DNA of 64,000 nucleotides from Candidatus Dormiibacterota bacterium (GTDB lineage Bacteria; Chloroflexota; Dormibacteria; Aeolococcales; Aeolococcaceae): NCBI GenBank assembly GCA_963718525.1, contig OY970355.1, positions 352,001 to 416,000 of the forward strand, read 5' to 3'. Shown piece by piece: positions 48,532 to 56,402 of this stretch (position 1 is its first letter; each line of letters starts with the position of its first letter). The notes under the pieces were generated by a model. It saw only the letters and a program-made list of their open reading frames with translations, ran no database searches and was not told where the DNA came from. The position numbers and the translations under genes were made by a program.

Positions 48532-49760
48532 AGTTCCGCGACGCGATCCTGGTTGCGTACCGGGGCCTCACCCGCCACTGGGTGCGTGCAACGCTGAATG
48601 TGCTCGGAATCGTCGCCGGCGTCGCTTCAGTGATCATGCTCATCTCGGTAGCGCACTCAGTGAGCAGCAGCGCGAAGTCGGCGGTCGAAGGCTTGGGTGC
48701 CAATCTCGTCGTGGTCTACCCATCCGGTTCCCCGTCGTCAGGCGTCCAACTCGGTATCGGCACCACATCGAGTTTGACCTCGAACGACGTGACGGCTCTC
48801 AGCAACCTTGCCAATGTCCCCGATGCCGCGCAAGCCGTCCCGAGCGCAGGCATCAGCACCAATGTCACCGCTTCTGCACATACGTGGCAGACCGATGTGA
48901 TCGGCAGCACGCCGGGATTCGGCATCGCTCGCGGATACACCCTCAGTCAGGGCGCGCCCTTTAGCTATTCCGCCGTGGCTGGCGCGCAGAATGTGGTCAT
49001 CCTCGGGCAGACGGTCGCGCGGCAGCTGTTTCCCACCGTCGACCCAATCGGTCAGCACGTGCTCATCAACCAGCAGGACTTCACGGTCATCGGCGAGTAC
49101 GCAGCACGGGGCTATTCCGGGCTGTATAACCAGGATGATCTCGTGGTCATGCCGATCACGACGCTCTGGGATTTCGTGCTTCCAAGCACGTTGCCCAGGA
49201 TCCAGCAGATCCTGGTGCAGGCAACCAGCCCGAGCACGACGACGAAGGTGGCGGATGAAGTGACGAATACGCTGCTGCATCAGCACGGCATCACCAATCC
49301 AGCGCTTGCCGACTTCCGTGTGGTGACCCAGCAGGATCTTGTCGCCGGCGCCGAGCGCGTGGGCACAGTCATGCAGTGGATGCTCGGGGCAGTCGCGCTG
49401 ATCGCGCTCCTCACGGGCGGCATCGGCATCATGAGCCTCATGCTGGCCACCGTCGGCGAGCGAGCCTACGAGATCGGTGTTCGTCGTGCTGTCGGCGCAA
49501 GTCGTGAGGACATCCTCGGCCAGTTCCTCATCGAAGCCCTTCTGCTCGCCGTCCTTGGTGGCGTCGCGGGCATCGCGCTCGGTTTCGGTGGGGCGACTCT
49601 GACGGGAGACGTATTCACGGATCTCCCCCCGCCGGTGGTGACCGGTTTCGCGGTACTCATTGCCGCCGGCGTGGCGCTCGTGATTGGTGTCGGAGCTGGG
49701 CTCTATCCCGCGGTGCGCGCCTCCCTCCTGCAGCCCGTCGAAGCTGTGCACCGTCAATAG
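48528..49760 (+). CDS. ABC transporter permease (MacB/FtsX-like)
   Basis: LGIVAGVASV, large extracytoplasmic loop, GGIGIMSLML..V.ER..EIGVRRAVGA, QFLIEA, GLYPA; ATGA-coupled to the ATPase. Confidence 0.95.
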   Translation: MKFRDAILVAYRGLTRHWVRATLNVLGIVAGVASVIMLISVAHSVSSSAKSAVEGLGANLVVVYPSGSPSSGVQLGIGTTSSLTSNDVTALSNLANVPDAAQAVPSAGISTNVTASAHTWQTDVIGSTPGFGIARGYTLSQGAPFSYSAVAGAQNVVILGQTVARQLFPTVDPIGQHVLINQQDFTVIGEYAARGYSGLYNQDDLVVMPITTLWDFVLPSTLPRIQQILVQATSPSTTTKVADEVTNTLLHQHGITNPALADFRVVTQQDLVAGAERVGTVMQWMLGAVALIALLTGGIGIMSLMLATVGERAYEIGVRRAVGASREDILGQFLIEALLLAVLGGVAGIALGFGGATLTGDVFTDLPPPVVTGFAVLIAAGVALVIGVGAGLYPAVRASLLQPVEAVHRQ

Positions 49761-49772
49761 GCCGGTCGATCG

Positions 49773-50096
49773 ATGATCAGGATTCCCACGCTTTCGCGCT
49801 CGCCTGCGACGGCCGCGGCCGCGTCGGCGGTGCTCATCGTCGCGGCGCTGGTCGGAGTGATCCTCGCTGCCGGCGCTGATTCGGGGTCTGCATCCACGTC
49901 GGGCCAATACGCCGCCGCGCCGGCAGCCAATGGTGCCCCGCTGGTGCTCCCGAAGGCGTGCGTGGTTACAACGCACCGCCAGTCATGCAGTGCCGCTGCG
50001 TCGAAGTCGCATCGCGCAAAGCAGGTCAAGAAGCAGCCCGTCCAGGCTGCAACGGCCCCGGCGCAGACCGCCGCTCCCATCACGGTGGGGCCATGA
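49773..50096 (+). CDS. Small membrane-anchored/secreted hypothetical protein
   Basis: One hydrophobic helix and a Cys pair; its stop overlaps the ATG of the downstream sulfotransferase (ATGA). Confidence 0.5.
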   Translation: MIRIPTLSRSPATAAAASAVLIVAALVGVILAAGADSGSASTSGQYAAAPAANGAPLVLPKACVVTTHRQSCSAAASKSHRAKQVKKQPVQAATAPAQTAAPITVGP

Positions 50097-51049
50097 GAGT
50101 ATTTGTCGCTGGGGCGGCCCGCTGTGGTAGCACGTGGGCCGCGAACGTTCTCGGACATGCCGTCAACTCGCGCATCGTGTACGAGCCCGACGGGCACAAC
50201 TCGGATGTTCTCGGGGCTGTCGCCGCGGCACGGCTCGGCGAGTACCCCGTGCTCGAGGCGGGCAACTCGAGCTACTGGTATCGCCTGATCTGGGATCTTG
50301 CGTTCTCCGGCGGCTGGCCGTGGGACCAGGTTGAATCAGCCCGGGCGGCGGGCCGAGGACTGGTGCGTATACCTCCGGTGATGCGCGACTACCTCGTCGC
50401 CGGCCTCGCCGAGGGGACACGAACCGTGCGCCGGCGACCACGCAACGTCGTCGTGAAATCGGTCAACTCCATCTTCTCCCTGGACTGGATTGCAGAGCGG
50501 TATTCGCCGAGTGTGGTGATCCTTCGCCGCAATCCGCTGAACATCGTTTCCAGCTGGCTCGTGCTTGGGATGTGGAGTGACCACGCGATCGGCAACCATC
50601 CGCTGGTGCGGGAGCGCTATCTCAATGCACTGGGCCTCCAATCGCCCAACGGCACGTCGTCGCCGGTGCGGATCGCGGCCTGGAATGTCGGGCTGTTGAC
50701 CCGCGCCCTCAAGGACGCGGCTGATCGTCACCCTGCGTGGATCGTCGCATCGCACGATGACCTCTGCGTCGACCCGGTCGAGAAGTTTCAGGCGTTGACC
50801 GCTCGCATCGGGTTGCAGTGGTCACCCGCCATGGAACGCTATCTCACCGATTCCGAGGATCCGGGTTTCACCGTCCATCACGGCACGGTCAAGGTGCATC
50901 CCAACGCTGTGACAGCAACCACTTCAGGCAGCCGGCGTGAGCAGCAGGCCACCCAGTTCACGCGCCGCCTGACTCCTGAACAGACCGCCGAGGCGTTGGC
51001 TGTCCTGGAGACATTCGACCTCGGCGACTGGGGACCTCAAACCTTCTGA
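50093..51049 (+). CDS. PAPS-dependent sulfotransferase 4 (subtype B)
   Basis: VFVAGAARCGSTW, YEPD, VVVKS, RRNPLNIVSSW, SHDDLC. Paralog of 42831..43805. Confidence 0.85.
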   Translation: MRVFVAGAARCGSTWAANVLGHAVNSRIVYEPDGHNSDVLGAVAAARLGEYPVLEAGNSSYWYRLIWDLAFSGGWPWDQVESARAAGRGLVRIPPVMRDYLVAGLAEGTRTVRRRPRNVVVKSVNSIFSLDWIAERYSPSVVILRRNPLNIVSSWLVLGMWSDHAIGNHPLVRERYLNALGLQSPNGTSSPVRIAAWNVGLLTRALKDAADRHPAWIVASHDDLCVDPVEKFQALTARIGLQWSPAMERYLTDSEDPGFTVHHGTVKVHPNAVTATTSGSRREQQATQFTRRLTPEQTAEALAVLETFDLGDWGPQTF

Positions 51050-51219
51050 GGATCCACCGACCCGGGCTTCGGCGGCCCCGGTCGGCGTCGCCTGGCACGA
51101 TGCGCCCCCCACACATGGCAAGGGACCCCGCCGCATCACTCGGCGGAGTGTGCGGCGAGGTCCCCTTGTTGTCGGCCGGACGACACAGTCGTCGGCGGCC
51201 TCCCTTCCTGTGACGACTG

Positions 51220-52839
51220 CTAGCCCAGGCGGCGCATCCTCCGGATCTCGGCCGAGGCGATGCCGGTCACCCCAAGACCGCCAAGCAGGAGCCCGATGGC
51301 AGGAGCGGCCGGGAACCCGACACCGGTGCCTGGAGTTGTGATGCCTTGCACTCCACTGCTCACAGCCGTGATGTGCACGGGCTCATCCCCGCACTTGTCG
51401 TTGGAGCCTGCGTTATTGGCATTGCCGTTGTAGACGGCGATCCACTCGTATGTTCCAGCGGTTTTCGTGCCACTGAAGCTTGCCGACTTTGCGCTTCCAT
51501 CCGCCAGCAGCGCGACGGTGCTGCTGAAGATCGCCGGGCCGCTGCATGACGAATCGCTGGGGCTGTAGAGCGAGAACGTGACGGTGCCACTGGGGTCCAG
51601 ACCGTCGGTGACCCTCACGGTGTCCCAGATCACGGTTCCAGCCACGCCACCCGCCGACGGCGTCGAGTTGAGCGCAGTTGAGTGCTTGCCGATCGTGACT
51701 GCTTCCTTACCGCACACGCTGAGCGCCTCGGTGTTGTTGGCATCACCGCCGTAGTCGACGACCCACTGATAGACGCCCGGCTCCGTGGTGGTGTAGCCCG
51801 GTGCCGGGACCCTGGCCATGCCATCAACGAGCGCGAAGGGTCCAGCCATGAAGATCCAGCCGCGAACCGTCCCACCGTCCGCGGGCAACTTCATCTGGCA
51901 GGTTGGATTGCCGGGTCCGAATAGATAGAAACGCATGTTTCCCGTCGGATGGCTCCCGATCACGGTGGCCGAATCCGTGAGAGCTGTGCCGACCGGCGCA
52001 CCGTGAGCGCTCGAAGGCTCACTCGTGATACTCGTCGGCATCTTGCCGATGGTGACGGGTTCCTTGCCGCAACCACCCAGCGCCTCGGTGTTGTTGGCAT
52101 CCCCGCCGTAGTCGGCAACCCACTGGTAGACACCGGCCTGGGTGGCGATGAAGCCGGGCGGCGGGACGCTGGCCTCGTCGTTCACAAGCGCGACCGGCCC
52201 CGCCATGAAGATCCAGCCGTGCGGCTCATTCGCCGTCGTCTGGTTGAAATTGCAGGTCGGGTTGTCCGGTCCGAACAGGTAGAAGCGAATGTTCCCGGTC
52301 GCGTTGAACCCATCGACGGTCGCCGAATCGCTCAGCGAACTGCCGACATGCGTGCCGTGAGAGGTGGACGGCGTCGTGTCGATGCTCGTCGGCACCTTGT
52401 TCACCGTCACCGGCTCATCGCCACATGCCGTCGGGCCCGATTCGATGGTGCCGACGCTGGTGATCACGATCTCCGCGGTCCATTCGAAGGTCCCGGTTGA
52501 CTGGGGCACAAAGGTGCCGGACGTAACGGTGCTGTCGGTCAGCGACGCCGTTGTGACCGGCTCGCTGTCAGTGAAGACCGGGTGCGCGCCCTGGACACCG
52601 CAGGTCCCAGGGGCCCAAAGGAAGAAGGTCACATGTCGCGAGCTGTCCGCGTAGACAACGGCCTGGTCGGCGAGCGCAGTTTTGCCCACGACCCCGACGG
52701 ATGGCTGCGGGGTCGTGCCGATGATGTAGTGCGCCGATGCCGACATCGTCGTGGCAAGGCCCGCGACCGCCACCCCGAGTACGGCGCCGCCGCCGATGGC
52801 CAAGGTGCGAGCTTTTCTCGCCCAGCCGTGTTGCCGCAT
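51220..52839 (-). CDS. Cell-surface protein with four Cys-paired Ig-like domains and C-terminal GVQGITTPGTG-TM-basic tail
   Basis: Signal peptide; repeats DSATV...FYLFGP..PTC...GVYQWV.DYGGDANN.....CGKEPVTI, homologous to the 21440..25990 domains; C-terminus TPGTG + hydrophobic stretch + RRMRR. Confidence 0.85.
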   Translation of the reverse strand: MRQHGWARKARTLAIGGGAVLGVAVAGLATTMSASAHYIIGTTPQPSVGVVGKTALADQAVVYADSSRHVTFFLWAPGTCGVQGAHPVFTDSEPVTTASLTDSTVTSGTFVPQSTGTFEWTAEIVITSVGTIESGPTACGDEPVTVNKVPTSIDTTPSTSHGTHVGSSLSDSATVDGFNATGNIRFYLFGPDNPTCNFNQTTANEPHGWIFMAGPVALVNDEASVPPPGFIATQAGVYQWVADYGGDANNTEALGGCGKEPVTIGKMPTSITSEPSSAHGAPVGTALTDSATVIGSHPTGNMRFYLFGPGNPTCQMKLPADGGTVRGWIFMAGPFALVDGMARVPAPGYTTTEPGVYQWVVDYGGDANNTEALSVCGKEAVTIGKHSTALNSTPSAGGVAGTVIWDTVRVTDGLDPSGTVTFSLYSPSDSSCSGPAIFSSTVALLADGSAKSASFSGTKTAGTYEWIAVYNGNANNAGSNDKCGDEPVHITAVSSGVQGITTPGTGVGFPAAPAIGLLLGGLGVTGIASAEIRRMRRLG

Positions 52840-53040
52840 GGATCAACCCTCCTATCCGGCGCCTCCCAGCGCCCCCTGCTTACCCTGACCCGCCCCACTA
52901 CCCGGATGTTACGAACGGGTCGAACACGTCGTTCCGATCGAACGGCGTTATTGTAACAAACGCTCTGCTATGCCGCAAGTGCGGAGATCGGATGCCGCCG
53001 TCGATGCTGCCCCGCCTCGGCTACGATCGACGCCGCGACC

Positions 53041-53412
53041 ATGGCCTACCGTCCCCCGATCGATGCCGATCCGCGCGTTCTTGAAGACGCCGCAAACCCC
53101 GACCCCGTGCCAGTGCTCGCCGCCAAGCGGAGTGGTCCGATCAGGATCGCCGGGTTCGTGCTCCTGTTCGTGGTCCTCTCGCTCCTTGCCTTTGCGGCCT
53201 TTCTCGCGATTGCGATCGGCGTGACCATCCTGATGGCCCTCATCCTGCCGAAGGCCGGCTTCATCAATCTGATCGCCCCGGTTGTCGGGGTGGGCGTGGC
53301 CAGCCTGTGCTTCGGAGCTGCGTCGCGCTTCCGCAAAGGGATGCTCAAGAACCGCTACGGGCTGTTCCGCCGGCCGCCACGCGACCTGGGCAAGCCGCCC
53401 GCGAGGGGCTAG
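53041..53412 (+). CDS. Small membrane protein
   Basis: Two or three hydrophobic helices and a basic C-terminus. Confidence 0.6.
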   Translation: MAYRPPIDADPRVLEDAANPDPVPVLAAKRSGPIRIAGFVLLFVVLSLLAFAAFLAIAIGVTILMALILPKAGFINLIAPVVGVGVASLCFGAASRFRKGMLKNRYGLFRRPPRDLGKPPARG

Positions 53413-53475
53413 TCACTCCCCCGGGAGGCAGCGCGCCGGCCCCGCTGGCCGCGCGCTGCCGTCACCGGTTGTGCC

Positions 53476-54105
53476 TCAGACGGGAAGCACGGTCCTCTTG
53501 AAGTTGGCGTTGGTCACGAACGCAAATGAGCAGTAGATCGCGGCAACAGCGGTGAGCAGCGCAAGGATGCCGGAGATCTGGTTCCAACCCGCGCTCGGGG
53601 CGCTCTTCGCCCAGAAGGCAATCGCCAGCGTGATGAAGGTCAGAGCGAGCAGGAAGAACACCAGCGACACTCCACGCGAAGCCCCACCCAGCGACGCGAT
53701 GAACATGTAAGCAGTGAAGATGCCCCATGCCAGCGCATACAGGCCGAGAATCGGGGTCGGATCCTTGGGGAGAAGCGGCGCGAACGTGGTGTTGATCAAC
53801 ACGAAGCTGAGCCAGAACAACCCGTAACTCGTGAAGGCGGTTGCCCCGAACGTGTTACCGACCTTGAACTCCCACATGCCGGCCAGGATCTGGCCGACAC
53901 CGCCGAACGCAACTGCCATTGCCAGAACAACTGCTGCCGAGCCGACCGTCGGAGTCCCCGGAGCCGCGGTGATGAAGCCCGCGTTGATGGCCCCGAGCAA
54001 CAGCGTTGTCATTCCGAACCCGATCAACCCCAGCGGAGCTGGGTTTGCGACTGGTGCCACCAACTCTGCCACGTAGGGCGGGCCGGTCGAAACTGCGGTT
54101 GCCAT
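53476..54105 (-). CDS. satP: Acetate uptake transporter, SatP/YaaH/Ady2 family
   Basis: ANPAPLGLIGFGMTTLLL, FGGVGQILAGMWEF, GNTFGATAFTSYGLFW; adjacent to acs. Confidence 0.92.
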   Translation of the reverse strand: MATAVSTGPPYVAELVAPVANPAPLGLIGFGMTTLLLGAINAGFITAAPGTPTVGSAAVVLAMAVAFGGVGQILAGMWEFKVGNTFGATAFTSYGLFWLSFVLINTTFAPLLPKDPTPILGLYALAWGIFTAYMFIASLGGASRGVSLVFFLLALTFITLAIAFWAKSAPSAGWNQISGILALLTAVAAIYCSFAFVTNANFKRTVLPV

Positions 54106-54188
54106 AGGTTTGTAGCCCTCCAATGAGTCCGGAGTAGGTCGCACTCCGGCGCGTGTTCGTAATCGAACTGTCCCCCACTGCGACGGAT

Positions 54189-56154
54189 CTACTGTTCTTT
54201 GGCTTCCTCCTCCGTGGCGCGACGCTGGAGGTCCGCGACGATGCTCGAGTCTGCGAGCGTCGTGGTATCACCGAGCTTGCGGTTCTCGGCAATGTCGCGG
54301 AGGAGGCGACGCATGATCTTTCCGCTCCGAGTTTTCGGCAGGTCTGGCGTAAATGCGATCCACTTCGGTTTGGCGATAGGCCCGATCAGCTTGGCGACAT
54401 GGTCACGCAGCTCGGCGATGAGCTCCGTGGACTCCGTGTAGCCGGCGCGCACCGTGACGAACGCCGAGATCGCCTGGCCGGTCTCCGGGTCGCTCTTGGC
54501 CACGACCGCGGCTTCCGCCACAGCCGGGTGATCGACCAGCGCCAACTCCACCTCCGCGGTTGAGATGCGATGGCCGGCAACGTTCATCACGTCGTCGACC
54601 CGACCCATGAACCAGAAGTAACCGTCCTCGTCGATGCGAGCACCGTCGCCGGCGAAGTACTGGTCCCCGAAGCGATTCCAGTACGTCTCCCTGTACCGCT
54701 CGTCATCGCCCCAGATGCCGCGCAGCATTCCCGGCCACGGCCGGGTCAGAAGTCACGTAGCCGCCACCACCGAGTGCAACCGGCGTGCCGGTCTCATCCA
54801 CCACCTCCGCGCCGACGCCGGGCAGGGGCTTGGTCGCAGACCCCGGCTTGAGGACGGTGACTCCGGCAATTGGCGCGATCATGATGCCCCCGGTCTCGGT
54901 CTGCCACCACGTGTCGACCACCGGGGTGCGGTCGCCACCGATGTACTTGCGATACCACATCCATGCCTCGGGGTTGATCGGCTCGCCCACCGTGCCCAGC
55001 AGGCGCAGGCTCGAGAGGTCATGGGACTCGGGGAGCTCCGGCCCCCACTTCATAAAGGTGCGGATTGCGGTGGGCGCGCAGTACAGCACGGTGGCCCGGT
55101 ACTTCTCGATGATCGCCCACCAGCGGTCCTTGGTCGGGTAGTCGGGTGTGCCCTCGTACATGAGCGAGGTGACCCCGTTGCCCAGGGGGCCGTACACGAT
55201 GTAGGAGTGCCCGGTAACCCACCCGACGTCGGCGGCGCACCAGTAAACGGTGTCCGGCTGGATGTCGAACACCAGGTCGTGGGTGAACATCGCGTAGAGC
55301 AGATAGCCAGCCGTGGTGTGCTTGATGCCCTTCGGCTTGGCCGTGGTTCCCGACGTATAGAGGGTGAACAGGAGGTCTTCGGACTCCATGTGCTCGGGCT
55401 CACAGGTGTCGGGCTCGCCTTCCACGATGTCGTGGTACCAGTGGTCACGGCCGTCGACCATCGGCACGTCATTGCCGGTGCGGCGGACGACCACCACGCT
55501 CTTGACGGTCGGCGCACCCTCGCACGCCTCATCGACGCTGCGCTTGAGAGGAACGATCCCCCCACGCCGCCAGCCCTCGTCCGCAGTGATGATGGCCACG
55601 GCCTCGGCGTCATTCATCCGGTCGCGAACCGCATCGGCGCTGAACCCCCCGAAGACGACGGAGTGCGCCGCCCCGATCCGGGCACAGGCAAGCATCGCCA
55701 TGGGCAGCTCCGGGATCATCGGCATGTAGATGCCGACGCGGTCTCCCCGCTTGATGCCGAGCTTGCGAAGCGCATTGGCCAGCTTGCAGACCGCTGAGAG
55801 GAGGTCCGCGTAGGTGATGGTGCGGGTGTCGCCCTTCTCGCCCTCGAAGTGATAGGCGACCTTATCCCCCCGGCCCGCCTCGACGTGCCGGTCGAGGCAG
55901 TTGTACGAAACGTTGAGCTGGCCGCCGAGGAACCACTTGGCGAAGGGCAGGTTCCACTCGAGGACTTTGTCGAACGGCTTGAACCAGGTGACGTACTTCT
56001 GTGCCTGCTCAGCCCAGAACGCATCGGGGTCGGCGGTCGCCGCCTCGTACAGGCTCAGGTCCTTCACCCTCGCCTTGGCGAGGAATTCCGGGCTCGGAGC
56101 GAACGTGCGTCGCTCGTCGAGCAGGGTGTCGATTGTTTTGGCCCTCTCGCTCAT
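54189..56154 (-). pseudogene. acs: Acetyl-CoA synthetase split by a +1 frameshift (pseudogene or sequencing error)
   Basis: [31 protein letters not shown] and DTWWQTETG in the upstream frame; [21 protein letters not shown] and [11 protein letters not shown] in the downstream frame. Removing one base of the AA at 54750-54751 restores [18 protein letters not shown]. Confidence 0.88.
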
Positions 56155-56402
56155 CGCGACCTCCTGGAGATATGGCGAAATTAATTGCCGCGCATTAATT
56201 GCACTAGTGCGGCAGCTTAGGCAAGCACTTCCAGACATTCGTCCCCACGCCTTTGGGGGCATCCCCGCTGCCGGCGACACGTTCGCTGTCCAGGTCGGCT
56301 TCAACGGCACCCCGGACCACCTGCTGCCGTAGTCTCCGCGCTCACAGCGAACTCTGAGCCTTCGCTCAGATCGCCGTGAGCGGCGGGCGGCAGGGTGTGG
56401 TC

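Noticed and set aside
54740-54760. Programmed ribosomal frameshift in acs
   Set aside because: No slippery heptamer or homopolymer; a simple indel explains it.
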